DNA of 64,000 bases from Chiloscyllium plagiosum (GCF_004010195.1 NC_057718.1:103509946-103573945); one strand, 5' to 3'; numbered from the stretch's first letter, positions 1 through 13,340 are shown. Notes: a model not told the origin generated them from the letters alone. A program made the numbers and translations.

Positions 1-21
1 ACAATTTCATGGATTTTTAAA

Positions 22-440
22 ATTCATTCAGGGATGAGGGCAGGCCATCCCTATTTGCCCAGAGGGCAATTAAGAGTCAACCACATTGCTTTGGATCTGG
101 AGTCACATGTAGGCTTGTCTGGGTAAAGATGGCAGTTTCCTTCCCTAAAGGACATTCGTGAACCCATTGGTGGGTTCTGAGGAAGGATCACACCACACGA
201 AAAGTTAACTCTGATTTTTCTCCACGGACACAGCCAGCTCAGCTGAGCTTTTCCAGCAATTTCAGTTTTTGTTGGTGAACCGACAATCAATCAACAATGG
301 ATCAATTCTGGATGCTTAATGAATCCAAATTCAAATTCCACCATCTGCTGTGCTGGGCTTAGAACCCACATCGCCTGGACACTACCTGGGTCTCTTGATT
401 AATATTCTAGCGACAATACCACTAGGCTATCATTACCCAC
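22..440 (-). mobile_element. tRNA-derived SINE (family B), with a short PLE-type tail fragment inserted at ~172-275
   Basis: Shared core agagtcaaccacattgct...ggagtcacatgtagg...ttccttccctaaaggacatt recurs at ~13005, 21870, 22415, 55285, 58345 and 59950. A B-box-like motif lies near the minus-strand 5' end. Confidence 0.7.
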
Positions 441-619
441 CTCCCACCCCCTGAAGATGCTGTGATAAATAACCCAAAATAGGAAACCTAAAATCTTAGC
501 CAAGTAATTAAAGCAATCATCATCAAATGAGCATGGAATTTATTCAATTCAGGTAGTGGCCATTGACTGGCTTATTATTTCAAAGAGAATGTAAAATAAA
601 AGTGGGGAGGTTTTGGTAA

Positions 620-1420
620 AACTATACAAGGAACCAGTCAGACCACAGTTGGAATACTATAAACATTACTGGGCACCTTATATAACAAAAGATACATTGG
701 CGTTGGAGGCAGTCCAGAGAAGGTTCACTTGGCTGACACCAGGGATGGACGGATTGTCTCATGAGGAGAGGTAAATAGGTTGGGCCTATTTGGGGAGAAG
801 GGGAAGGAGTTGAGAGTTGCATGATGGAAGAAGGCAATGAGAGTCCCTTGGTGAAGAGGAACAGCGAGTCGATGGGGAGAGTGGGGGAATTGGAATGAGA
901 AGCCGGATCACTCACACTCATTCATTTTCAACAAAGAAAGCTTCTTTTACCAAACTGTGATTTCACTCATGTCAAAAAGCAGCAGTGTGTTAGTATAACC
1001 AGGAATGACATTTTCTCAAACATTACAGAGTTCTGCTCATTGGAATGTAGAGGAATGAGAGACGACCGTATTGAAACATACAAGATTCTCGAGGGCTTGA
1101 AGAGTAGATGCAAAAAGGTTGTTTGCCCTGGTGGGACAGTCTAGGACCAGAGGGCATCATCTCAGAGTAAGGGGTGATACAGTGAAGACAGTGATGAGGA
1201 GGAATTTCTTCTCCCAGAGGATAGTGAATCTGTAGAATTTTTGTTGAGGCTGAGGTCATTAAGTGTGTTCAAGGCTGATACAGACAGCTTTTTGATCAGA
1301 ATCAAGAGGTATGGGGAAAAGGCAGGAAAGTGGATGATCAGATCGGCCCTGACCTCACTGATTGGCGGAGCAGCCTCAGTGGGCCCAATGGCCTACTCCA
1401 GCTCCCATATTTTATGGTGT
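620..1420 (+). mobile_element. CR1 LINE 3' fragment, interrupted at 790-1039 by a duplicated unique segment
   Basis: Degenerate CR1 ORF2 C-terminal motifs (LEY..., QRRFT, WN.L) followed by the 3' UTR aatggcctactcc. Confidence 0.75.
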
Positions 1421-2249
1421 AAACTTTGTGGTTGTGACACTGAACTTCTTTTTGGAACTGGACTGGCTTCAGCATGGCAAATTCAATGCAACAGTTACTG
1501 TATTTGGTATTTCTCTGTCCTGCTCTGTTCCAGCAATATCAACAGACTCCACAGAACAAAGTAAGTCAAATATCAGAGGATTAAAACATTGCAGATTTAA
1601 ACCTCAGTTTCTTTACTGTACTGAAAATAACAAGCATTGATCTATTTACAATGAGGAACATATATACAATGTGAGATTGCAAATACAGCTCTCTGTGTCA
1701 GCAAAGCTGTCGATTGCTGAGCTGGTAATGATTGTAAGGGGGAGAGATTTATGCAGCACTGACACTACCCACCATAGTGTGTATACATTAACACTGTGAC
1801 GCACAACAATAAATGAAGATACTTCAGAGTTCATGTAAAAACATTCTCTGGAGCTGACGATGGCTCAAATCTTGGTGCATCCAGAAAATTTAAGACAGAA
1901 AAATGACAAGTTTGAAACCAATCAAATGTTGTCATGAAACCTGAACTGCTACACCATTGAGTTTTTTTTAAAGTAATCTTATCTCACCCTCAGTCAAGCA
2001 TGCAAGTTCAACAAGTATGAAATTAGCAGCTAATAGAGAGTGCCTTAAAGCTCTGCCAATTCCTCTGTCATTGCACCCATTTTCTGGAACAATGGCCACA
2101 GTCCTACATTGTTTACTTCTGAGCAGAGTTGAGGTGAAATTGTTTCACCCGAAGGATGGCGGGTGTCTAGAACTCACTGCATCCATGGTTTTGAGAACCA
2201 GGAATCCTGACTGCATTTAACAGAAAACATTTGGAGTGAATTGGAACCA

Positions 2250-2545
2250 CCATTCACAAACATCCACTCCCTCCAGCATTGATGCTCAGTAGCAGCAGTG
2301 CGTAACATCTACAAGATGCACTGCAGCAATTCACAATGGCTCCTGAGACATCTCCTTCCAAACCCATGACCACTTCCATCCAGAAGGAGAAGGGCAGCAG
2401 ATACATGGGAACACCACCCCCTGCAAATTCCCCTCCAGGACACGCAGCATCCTGACTTGGAAAAAGATCACCGTTCCATCATTGTCGCTGGGTCAAAATC
2501 CTGGAATTCACTCCCTGAGGGCATTGTGGGTCTACCTACAGCACA
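2250..2545 (+). mobile_element. LINE family B (CR1/L2 group) ORF2 3' fragment
   Basis: HSL..R..VAAV..IYKMHC...SWNSLP-like coding. Related pieces occur at ~26680, 27755, 36015 and 51995. Confidence 0.6.
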
Positions 2546-5029
2546 CAGCTGTTTTCTTTAATTCACCGGTGGGATGTGGCTGGGACAGTACTTATTGCCC
2601 ATCCCTGTAAGCCTCTTGAGAAGGTGGGTTTGAGCTGTATTCTTGAACTGCTGCAGTATGGTGAGTTGACCAGGCCTGGGAAGATGAGGCTTTCAGGGAG
2701 ACGTTGGCTTGGGGAGAAGGGAAAGGAGTTGAGAGTTGCATGATGGGGAGAAGGCAATGAGAGTCCCTTGGTGAAGAGGAACAGAGAGTCAGCTTGTGAT
2801 GGTGATGGGAGCGGGGGGGGGGGGGGAGCGGTGGTGGTGGAACTGGAATGAGAAGCCGGATCACTCACACTCATTCATTTTCAACAAAGAAAACTTCTTT
2901 TACCAAATTGTGATTTCACTTGGGTTAAAAAGCAGCAGTGTGTTAGTATAACCAGGAATGGCATTTTCTCAAACATTACAGAGTTCTGCTCAAACAATAT
3001 TCTGCTCAACTTCTGTCTCAATAACTGATCTATTTATTTCAATTGAGTGGTGGGGATGATTTTCTGATTGGGTGGAATTGAAGAATTTTACTATAGCTGT
3101 TTGTCTTTCAAAGTGGCCTACGGTCATTGTCAAAATGACACACAGAAACATAAAGTAGGCCATTCAGCCCTTCCAGCCTGCAGCACCATTCAATATGATC
3201 GTGGCTGATCATGCATTCTCAGTATCCCACTCCCACCCTCTCTCTCCACCCCCCTCGGTCCCCTTAGCCACAACGGCCATGTCCAGCTCCTTCTTGAATA
3301 TATTGAATGAACTGGCCCCAACAGCTTCCTGTGGGAGAGAATTCCACAAGTTCACAACTCTGAGGGAAGAAATTCTTCCTCATCTCAGTCCTGAATGGCT
3401 CACTCCTCATTCTTGGACTGTGACCCCTGTTTGCACTGTTTAATTTACTAAGTCCTCACGAGATCATGTTCCCATTCAGCCCGTCATATTTCTCTTCCTT
3501 TATGAAATGGGAGAACTGCCACCTTTCAACAGTCAGTTTGTTGTGAGGAACTTGCTCTTTGAAACAGACAACCTCTGGAAATGAGAGTCTCTTCCAGAGA
3601 TGCGAAGGCTGACAGAGAAGGAGGCATTTTGCAGTTTCTCATTCCGCGTCCTTATTATTTGACTTTTCTGACTGAGATTTCTACTGACATTTTCAGATAG
3701 CTCCATAACTTTTTTGTCCCAATTTATAACTGATCTCCATGCAAGAATCAGCAAGCCAGCCATGGACTTTCACTGCAGGGACACTCGGAAGCATCTACAC
3801 ATTCGTAAAAGATAGAGTCCACATGACCCTCAGAGCACCAACCACAAGCTCTGCCTGTGAGACATGATACAGAACAGCCAAGGGGTCACATACTCTGAAG
3901 GTTGTCCATCCATCCAACATAGAAAATAGGTGCAGGAGTAGGCCACTTGGCCCTTTGAGACAGCATCAGCAATGAGGAAGTGCTGTACGTGACTGGTCAG
4001 AGCACAAACAGGACATAGTGATAGGGACATGCATATCAACTCCCAAAGCAGCAGAAGAACAGAAAGGCAGGTGGAGTCTGCGGCTATGGATTACCTGGTG
4101 AAGTACGTTTAGGGAGGAACACAATCTTTTTGAGAAGCAGTTCAATACAGTTCTTAGGACTAAAGTGATCAAAAGTTATGAGGAGAAAGCTGGAACTGGG
4201 GACTGATTTGAATGAATAGCCGTTATCATATTGAATGGTGGAGCAGGTTTACAAGGCCAAATGACCTCTTGTTTTCTTTGTTTCGACAACAGCAGGATAC
4301 TATGGGCTGGAGTGAAAGAAACAGCAACAGACTAAGGCCAGTAGCAAGTCTTCCCTCTCATTCTTTTTGTCTTCCGCGTGGACCTCCGAAGTTCGCATGT
4401 GACAGAGTTCCGGAACTAGCCGTTGATGCTGCGATCAATGTCAGCACACCAAACATTTGAGCTCAATGTCAGAGTGGCTGTCGCAGCCCAGAGGGAATGT
4501 AGCCTACCACCAGTGTCACAGTGAGATAGAGACAACAGCCCTACTCACCATCTCAATCAATACCGACACCAAGTGCACAGATACACGGGCACGCAACCAG
4601 CTGAGAGCACCCAGGGCAGATGGCAGAACCTGTGGGAGCAGAAACTTTGTTCTTCAGAGTTCCAACTGTTCTTGCTTGGTCACACTGTTATCAGGTGATA
4701 AGGTTTGGACAATCATAACAGAAAACGTCACACTTTTTGTGTGTTCACATCAATCTTTCAGCACTCATTCCATTGAATAGTGAAGCAGACAGCATGGGAG
4801 GAGCCAAAGTAGGCCAGTGTTCACAGGCAAAACTCAACCAACTTATGAGTGTCGCAGTGGGCCAGACTTTACAATTCCAACAGACATCTTTACATACGTA
4901 TGACCCTCGATCAACATTTATCTGGAAATAAAACAAATATTGAAGGGATCAGCGCTGCTCCCCGAAGGATGTAGAATGTAGCAGCAGTATCCAGGGTGGC
5001 ATTTCCCCAGTCCTGGTTGAAGTGTAGAA

Positions 5030-5900
5030 GATAGTGAAATGCCAAACGGTGGAATTTGAATTTATATTAAAAATCAGGAAATAAGAGTCTAAAGATGACC
5101 ATGAAACTATTGTTAATTATCAGTTACTGGTTCACTCTTACTGGTACAATTATCTGGTTCACTGATATCCTTTCGGGAAGGAAACTGCCATCCTTACCTG
5201 GTCTGGCCTACATGTGGCTCCAGACCCACAGCAATGTGAACAAAGAACAATGCAGCACAGGAACAGGCCCTTCGGCCCTCCAAGCCTGTGCTGATACATT
5301 TTGCCCTTCCATACTAAAACTGTCTTCACTTATAGGATCCGTATCCCTCTATTCCCTTCCAATTCATGTATACATCCAGGTGTTTCTTGAATGTTGCTAC
5401 TGTGTCTGCTTCCACCCCCTCCTCTGGCAGCTTGTTCCAGGCACTCACTGCCCTCTGTGTGAAAAACCTGCCTTGCACATCTCTTTTAAACCTCCCCCCG
5501 CTCCCTGCTCCTTGAACCTGTGTCCCCCTGGTAATTGACCTCCTCCCTCTGCCCCGTCCCCCCAGGAAAAAGCCTCATACTTTCCACTCTATCCATGCCA
5601 TTATCAATCTCATAAACACCTATGAGGCCGCAACCCCCCCTCCACCACCACCACCCCCGCCCCCACGCCCTGAATCTCCTGCGTTCCAGTGAAAACAAGC
5701 CCAGTCCAAACTTTCTTCATTGCTAGAATCCCCTGTACCAGGCAACATCCTGGTGAACTTTTTCTGTACGCTCTCCAAAACATCCAGATCCTTCTGGCCG
5801 TGTGGTGACCAGAATATGGTTGACTCTTAGCTGCCCTCTGGGCAATTAGGGATGGGCAATAAATGCTGTCATAGCAGAGACACCTCATCTCATAAATGAA
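5030..5900 (+). mobile_element. SINE family B split by an antisense CR1 3' fragment (~5239-5812)
   Basis: The SINE stops at cagacccacagcaatgtg and resumes at ggttgactcttagctgccctctgggcaattaggg. The insert is a CR1 3' end on the minus strand. Confidence 0.7.
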
Positions 5901-5964
5901 ACCCATAATGCATTGGGTCTCTGTCTCCATTGAAAGTATATAAGAAAACATTTTCCAACACATT

Positions 5965-6070
5965 TCAGTTCTAAAGAAGAGTCATACCCTAGACTCAAAA
6001 CGTTAACTTTCTTTCTCCATAGATGCTGCCAGACCTGCTGGGTTTCTCCAGCAATTCCTGTGTTTGGTGT
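5965..6070 (+). mobile_element. Penelope-like element terminal (pLTR) fragment with a degenerate hammerhead motif
   Basis: AGTT-CTAAAGA-A-GAGTC-atacccta-GACTC-AAAAC-GTT-AACT followed by ctccatagatgctgccagacctgctg. Similar tails at ~28122, 38655 (-), 40010 (-) and 40560. Confidence 0.6.
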
Positions 6071-7327
6071 TGATAGACCCACACTGTGACTTAGTACTAA
6101 CAAGGTAATTGCACATTTCATCAGAAAACTTTGGACAACACCTAGATTTCAACTTGATAGAGCACCATTACAAACTGACATTATTGACACCAGTGACTGC
6201 CCAACAGCCTAGTGTTCAAGATTCTCTCAGCCCCACAGTCTGGATAATTAAAATATTCAAAAATTACCGGGTGCACATGTGTAACACAGCGATAGTAAAA
6301 GTTTACTAACTGGATGAATACTTTGGCATTTTGCTTCGTTGGTTAATCCATGCATGAATTTTTACAGCAGCTTACATAGGGTTACAGTGCTATCTCTTCT
6401 GCTTTTCAGAACTTGGGAATGAATGCAAGCAGTACGAGGATAATAAACTCTTACTCCATTTTGACATGGCAATAAGGTCTACAGAGTAAGGTCTGAGTGC
6501 ACCTCGTTATTTTCCTTCATAGTTATGGGAATGAAGAGTGGTAAGCTTTGCATGTTAAGGCTGGAAGCTTGCAATCTGACAAAACTGCTTTCTGGTGAGA
6601 GATTGAGGTCAGGATGCTGTGGCAGAATTTCTGCCTGTGAAAACTTTGTCGATCTTAATTGCGCCATCCAGGCTATTCTTTCACCACCCCTGAAACGATT
6701 CCGGTGCTGTGCAAGTATAACTGGTTGTGCTCTGGTTTAACACTGATTGGTGCAGATTCAAAGCCCCTTTTCAAGACTGACTGTCTGCAGAGACCTGGTG
6801 GAATTCTGAAGCAAGGGGGTCACAAGCAAAGGAGAAAGGCTGGTACATATTACTGGAGTAAGTAATTGGCGCTGCCAGAAAGCACTTCTGTTGTAATAAA
6901 GAACTGTGAGAGAAGCAAAGTGCTTGACTATAAATTTGTACAAGTAGACAGTTCAATTCTCACTTGCTTATCTTCCGAGCTGCTGCTCCAGAAGCAAGCT
7001 CCCTAACAGAAAAAAAAGTTCCTCTTGATTTTTCAGATATACCTTAATAATTGTTTCTCAACTGACTTTCTTCCCTCTCATTCTGGCAACTTAAATTTAT
7101 ATAGTGCCTTTCACTTAAAAAGAAGCACCCAAAGGCAATGTATGGGAGCATCAAAGAGCAAAATCCAAAGTCCTGTCATTTAAAGGGATATCAGGGCAAA
7201 TTATCAAAAGCGTGGTCAAAGTAGATTTTAAAGAACATCTTCAGAAAGCAAAGGTAATGAGGCAGAAGTACCAGAGCTTAGGGATGGATGAAGGTACAGT
7301 CACCAGCGGTGGAGTAAACAAAATTAG

Positions 7328-7643
7328 GAATCAAAGAATCCCTACAGTGTGGAAGCAGGCCATTCAACCCATCAAGTCTACACTGACCCTCCACCCAGAC
7401 CTATCATATCCTATCACTGTAACCCTGCATTTCCCATGACTAATCCACTTAGCCTGCACATCCCTGGACACTATGGGTAATTTCCCATAGCCAATCCACC
7501 CTAACCTGTACATCTTTGTGACTGCGGAAGGAAACCCACGCAGACACGAGGAGAATGTGCAAACTCCACATAGACAGTCACCCGAGGCTGGGTTCGAACC
7601 CCTGTCCCTGGCGCTGTGAGGCAGCGGTACTAACCACCGTGTC
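7328..7643 (-). mobile_element. HE1-like V-SINE
   Basis: Reverse complement of the tRNA head plus the V-domain tgtggagtttgcacattctcc and a CR1-derived tail. Confidence 0.8.
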
Positions 7644-7859
7644 TGCTCCGAGGAGTGGTCAAGAGGTCAGAATTAGATGAATGCACGGATATCAGAGATG
7701 CTCCAGGCTGAAGAAAGTTACTGAGATGGAGGCGCGGCAAGGTCATGGAAGAATGAGAGTTTTGAAATTGAAGTCAGATAATGAAGATGATTGAGCACAG
7801 GACTGATGGGCGAATCAGACTTGGAAGTAAAGATATGAAAAAAAGAGCTTTGGGAGACC

Positions 7860-8270
7860 GCTGCACCCGATGTGGCCTCCTCTACATTGGGGAGACAGGC
7901 CGCCTACTTGCGGAACGTTTCGGAGAACACCTCTGGGACACCCGGACCAACTAACCCAACCACCCTGTGGCTCAACACTTCAACTCCCCCTCCCACTCCA
8001 TCAAGGACATGCAGGTCCTTGGACTCCTCCATCGCCTATCACCCTCACCTTGACCTCCCTCCACCTATCGCATTTCCAACGTCCCTCCCCCAAGTCCCTC
8101 CTCCCTACCTTTTATCTTAGCCTGCTGGACACATTTTCCTCATTCCTGAAGAAGGGCTCATGCCCGAAATGTCGATTCTCCTGCTCCTTGGATGCTGCCT
8201 GACCTGCTGCACTTTTCCAGCAACACATTTTCGGCTCTGATCTCCAGCGTCTGCAGCCCTCACTTTCTCC
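7860..8270 (+). mobile_element. Penelope-like retroelement 3' fragment (GIY-YIG endonuclease remnant plus pLTR with hammerhead motif)
   Basis: Translates CTRCGLLYIGETGRLLAERFGEH... with an in-frame stop. It is followed by ATTC-CTGAAGA-A-GGGC-tcat-GCCC-GAAATGTC at 8142-8173. Confidence 0.85.
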
Positions 8271-8914
8271 AGGAATGGAAGGAGGACAATTGACCTTGCT
8301 GAGTGCAGATTGGGAAGTGGAAAATCAGCCAGGATCTTGGCTTCTAATTGCTATCACAGGATTAGAAGATAATTACAGATAGGAAAGGCCATTCATCCAT
8401 CCGGGATGACCCATAAAAAACACTCCTACATTCCCTTGCAGGATCCAGTTGTTTTTTGAAATGATTTCAATGTCGACACCTCCGCTATTCCGTCTGAAAA
8501 TCCTTCCTATACTTGATCACTGTTTGTAGTGATCCTGATAGGATGTGATTTGCCTTTTTAATAATTTACTTCCGTGACCCTTTGTCGCTATTCTTTTCAA
8601 AATAAGCCAAACGAAAGAAATGAATTTTTAATATGGTGGATAGAATTCCAATCAGGCTGCTTTGTCCTGGATGGTGTCAATCTTCTTGAGTGTAGTTGGA
8701 GCTGACCCCATCCAGGGCAAGTGGAGAGTATTCCGTCACACTCCTGACTTGTGCCTTGTAGATGATGGATGGGTTTCAGGGAGTCAGGAGGTCAGTTATT
8801 TGCTGCAGCATTTCTAGCCTCTGACCTGCTCTTGCAACTACGGTACATACATGCTCCAGTTATGTATGTCTGTACGGAATGGAGTTTAGGGGGGATATGG
8901 GTTGGGAGTGGAGG

Positions 8915-9490
8915 GGGTGGGGGGGTTGGAATCTGATTGAAACTTACAGAATACTGAGACGCCTGGATAGAGTGGACATGGAGAACTTGTAGGAGAGATT
9001 AGAATCTGAGAGCACAGCCTCAGAGGGAAGGGAGATTTAGAACTGAGATGATGAGGAATTTCTTCAGGGTGGGGAATCCGTGGAATTCATTGTCACAGAA
9101 GGCTGTGGAGGCCAAATCATCGAGTGTCTTTAAGTCAGAGATAAATAGTTTCTTGATTAATGAGGGGGTCAAGGATTATGGGGAGAATATGGAATGAAAC
9201 TGCCAGAGGAAGTGGTAGATGCTGGTACAGTTACATTTAAAAAGACATTTGAATAGATACATGAATAGGAACGGTTTAGAGGGATATGGGCCAAATACAG
9301 GCAGGTGGGACTAGTTTGGTTTAGGAAATGTGTCTGACAAGGACAGGTTAGACTGAAGAGACTGTTTCCATGCTGTATGACTGGATGGCTCTATGAGTGG
9401 GCAACATAAAGGGGTTGAGAAATACGTTAGCCATGACTAAATGGCCAATATCAATGGGCAAATGGCCTAATTTTGCTCCTACATCTTATG
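8915..9490 (+). mobile_element. Adjacent CR1 LINE 3' fragments
   Basis: DLIETY.IL..LDRVD-like and WN.L motifs plus two types of CR1 3' UTR. Confidence 0.65.
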
Positions 9491-9642
9491 CTCTCACCAA
9501 CTGTGACACACATTGCCCCCCTCACTTCAACCTTAGGATGCAGGTGGCGGGGAATTCAATGACAGAAATGCCCTTGAATATCCAAGGGAGACAGTCAGAC
9601 TCTGTTGTAGATGGCCACTGTGTTATTTGAATGTTATTTGCC

Positions 9643-9858
9643 ACTTGTCTGCGTGGGCTTCCTACGGGTGCTCCAGTTTCCTCCCACAGTCCAAAAATGT
9701 GCAGTTAAGGTGGATTGGCCATGCTAAATTGCCCATAGTGTTAGGTGAAGGGGTAAATACAGGGGAATGGGTTTGGGTGGGTTGCGCATCGGCAGGTCGG
9801 TGTGGACTTGTTGGGCCGAAGGGCCTGTTTCCACACTGGAAGTAATCTAATCTAATCT
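9643..9858 (+). mobile_element. 5'-truncated HE1-like V-SINE
   Basis: V-domain through gggcctgtttccacactg and an (AATCT)n tail. Confidence 0.8.
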
Positions 9859-11164
9859 CACTTTCAGCCCAAGCCTGAATGTTGCATAGGTTCTTAGCAG
9901 ACAGAGTCATTTCTCACTTTCTCAGGTAGTTGCCAATGTTGAAGCTGTACTGGGTCAGTTTGAGGAGTGGCACAGTTCATTCTAGAGCGCCACCCATCAG
10001 TAACACAGCCAGGATGCTGTTGGGACCCACAGCCGTTCCTGTGTCCAGTGTACTCTGCCATATGTTTCCTGAAGTCATGTGGAGTGAACTGAATTCACTA
10101 ATGACTGACTTCTGTGATGCTGTGGACCTCAGGGGGAGACCAAGGTGGGTGAGCCAATATGGCTGAAGATGGTTACAAAAGCCTTTTCATTTTCAATTGA
10201 ACACTGGATTCCATCATCATTATCGATGGGGATGAATCATGGCTCCTTATCGTCCTGTCAGCAGTAATGCGACTGAGACACTTTTGGTGATAGACATTTA
10301 AGTCTCTCACCCAGAGTACATTCTGTTCCCTACCCACTCTCCCTCCAAGTAGTGTTCAACATCAGGGACCATTGATTAATCTACTTATTGTGGGAGTGAA
10401 GTAGGGGGCTAAGGTGGTGGTGTTGGGTCAGGGGAGGAGAAACAAGAGTTGGGAATCAGCAGGAAATTTCCTTGCTCATTTTTAACCGAAGGCAATGACA
10501 TGTTATGGGTTCCTGAATCATTGCTGGCTAGGCAGGACAACTTGTTCCCAGATGGATACTATGTTGATCACGGTGGCTCTCAAACTCAAATTTCTGGATG
10601 ATTCGTCAAGGCCTCGGGATTATTGACCCAGTTACATAATCAATAATTTACTGAAGCCTATAAATAGATTTAAAAAATCATCAATCTCAGGTCGGGCCTG
10701 AAATTGACCCTTGTCATCTCTGGATATTTTGGGGGACAGAGTTCCAGATTTCCACTAGCCCTGTGTAATGAGGATGTGGCAAGGATGCTTCTTCCTATGG
10801 GAGAATCGAGAATTAAGAGCCACTGTTTAAAACCCCCATTTAAAAACAGAGAGAAAGCTATTTCTTTTCTTCCTCAGAATCCTTGGAACTCTCTTCCTGA
10901 AAAGTTGGCAGACGCAGTGTCCTTAAATATTTTTAAGGCAAAAGTAGATAAGATTCCAGTTAAGCAAGGGGTTGAAAGATTAAGCAGGAATGTGGATTTG
11001 TGGTTATAATCATATCAGCCGTGATCATACTGAATGGCACAGCAGGCTCTATGGGCTGAATGGCCTCTCACATGTGTGCAAGTTCTTTCTGATTTCACTC
11101 ACTCAGGGCCCTGCTCTCCCCTCCTTTCTCCATCTGAGGCAATACTGTTGTTTCAACTACACTC

Positions 11165-11425
11165 AATGATCCAGAGATGTTATGATATACTTTGAAACAG
11201 GTGGGATCTCGACCCAGGTCTCCTGGCTCAGAGATCAGGATACTACCACTGCACCACAATAGCCTGGCATTTATCCTTTATTTTTAAAGTCTATCCCGAC
11301 TCTAACCTGGACATTTTCCCAGCCAACCTATTCAGAGATATTATGACACACTGCTGGAGGAAGAGGGCTTCAACCCGGTTCTCCTAGCTCCTAGGTATGA
11401 ACACTACAACTGCACTACAAGTGTC
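11165..11425 (-). mobile_element. Two neighbouring copies of a ~110-bp tRNA-derived mini-SINE
   Basis: Reverse complements of the element seen on + at ~42810, 46275 and 46885 (tgcagtggtagt...gggttcaagtcccacctg...ataacatctctgaa). Confidence 0.6.
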
Positions 11426-11927
11426 CCTGCACCAGCCTCAGTTTATCCATTCATCATTTTAAATCTTCTAATTTCTTAGGAATATAAGCCAGATCTATAC
11501 TGTATATATTTTCCTTCATGATTTAACCATTCCGAATTTTGTTGCGAACGTATGCCTGTAAGCTTGTGCCCATTTAAACACGGTGGTGTCTAGGAAGTTA
11601 ATGTTTTTCCCTGTGTGCTGTGCCCTTGTGTTTAATGGATGGTTGATAATTACTGAGGATATTGATGAACTCTTGCAATTCTACTTTTGTATAAATTTAA
11701 ATTCCACACACATCAACACAGATAGAGAAGAGAATGTTACTACGTGAGTAAAGCTAAATTGGCTGTGGTGACCGGGGATGTGCAGGGTATGTTGGTTAGC
11801 ATTGGAAAATACACAGTTACAGGGATAGGGTAGGGGTAGTGTGTCTGGGTGGGATGCTTTTCGGAGGATGAGTGTGAACTCAATGGGCTGATTAGCCTGC
11901 CTCCATAATATTATGATTCTAAAGCTT

Positions 11928-12240
11928 GGGCGGCACAGTGGCACAGTGGTTAGCACTGCTGCCTCATAGCGCCTGAGACCCGGGTTCAATTCCTGCCTCA
12001 GGCGACTGACTGTGTGGAGTTTGCACGTTCTCCCCGTGTCTGCATGGGTTTCCTCCGGGTGCTCCGGTTTCCTCCCACAGTCCAAAGATGTGCAGGTCAG
12101 GTGAATTGGCCATGCTAAATTGCCCGTAGTGTTAGGTAAGGGGTAAATGTAGGGGTATGGGTGGGTTGCGGGTCGGTGTGGACTTGTTGGGCCGAAGGGC
12201 CTGTTTCCACACTGTAATGTAATGTAATCTAATCTAATCT
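11928..12240 (+). mobile_element. Full-length HE1-like V-SINE
   Basis: A box tggcacagtgg, B box ggttcaattcc, V-domain, CR1-like 3' end and (TAATG)(TAATC)n tail. Confidence 0.9.
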
Positions 12241-12617
12241 AAAGGAGTTACTAGAATGAAAAAAAAAGCCCCTGGAAATCAAAATATAGGCCCAAAAATC
12301 AAAAGAGAACACTCAAGTGGTGCACTCAGAAAACAAAATAAAAGTCGTTTTTGTCCTTTCAAACCACAATATCCTGCCTGAGGTCTGGAGACCAGAATTA
12401 AATGACCATCAGATTGAGCTTAAATCCATCTGCTCCATCACTTCCTTCCCAATTGTATTCCAAACCCACTTGGATGAAGACCAGAGTTCAATTAATTGAT
12501 CTTTTTAGATTATTTTTAACACTTCTCCACCAGCATAGTGTGCTTTTTTTAACATGGACATGTAGAACACCTTAACAGTCCAAGGTTTCTAATGCTCTCA
12601 GCATCAGGAAAATATTC

Positions 12618-12835
12618 GAGGTAAAAACAATGACTGCAGATGCTGGAAACCAGCTTCTGGATCAGTGGTGCTGGAAGAGCACAGCAATTCAGGCAGCATC
12701 CAACGAGCAGCGAAATCAACGTTTCAGGCAAAAGCCCTTCATCAGGAAATGATGGGCTTTTGCCCGAAACGTCGATTTCGCTGCTCGTCGGATGCTGCCT
12801 GAACTGCTGTGCTCTTCCAGCACCACTAATCCAGA
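12618..12835. mobile_element. Fold-back PLE pLTR insertion with 15-bp TSD
   Basis: Exact direct repeat ATCAGGAAAATATTC at 12603-12617 and 12836-12850, enclosing inverted arms. The minus strand carries the hammerhead core CTGATGA-A-GGGC-tttt-GCCT-GAAACGTT. Confidence 0.85.
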
Positions 12836-13210
12836 ATCAGGAAAATATTCTGGACCCCAAGTCAGTGACGTCACACTTGACCATATGGAACCATGCTGGT
12901 CCCTCACAGATACACGGCTTACTCTTTCTTCGTAAGAGTCAGTACAGGATACTCGAAAGCCAAAGCCCGATACAAATTTCTGGGAGCACTGACTGCACTT
13001 ATTCTCTAGTGGGATGTGAGCATTGCTGGTGTGCCAGCAATTGTTGCCAACCCCTAATTGTTCTTTGGCTGAGCAGCCTGCCTGAACATTTCAGAGAGCG
13101 GTTGAGGGTCAACCACTTTGCTGTGTGTCTGGAGTCACGTGTAGGCCAGACCAGGTAAAGTCGGCAGTTTCCCTCCCTGAAGGACATGAGTGAACCAGAC
13201 AGATTTCTGT

Positions 13211-13340
13211 CTGTCTGATGAAGAGCTTACGCTCGAAACATTTATTCTTCTGCACCTCGGATGCTGCCTGACCGGCTGTGCTTTTCCAGCACCACACTCT
13301 TCGACTCTGATCTCCAGCATCTACAGTCCTCACTTTCTCC
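13211..13340 (+). mobile_element. PLE pLTR fragment starting at a hammerhead core, 11-bp TSD
   Basis: TSD CAGATTTCTGT (13200-13210 and 13341-13351). Core CTGATGA-A-GAGC-ttac-GCTC-GAAAC at 13215-13239. Confidence 0.8.

Noticed and set aside
11928..12002. tRNA gene
   Set aside because: The A and B boxes belong to a SINE head that continues into the V-domain and a LINE-derived tail. The same applies to the other tRNA-like heads.
12618..12835. DNA-transposon MITE or pre-miRNA interpretation of the hairpin inserts
   Set aside because: The arms are asymmetric, the TSD lengths vary from 11 to 17 bp, and the sequence is related to the termini attached to GIY-YIG fragments at 7860 and 55596. This points to a Penelope-like retroelement origin.
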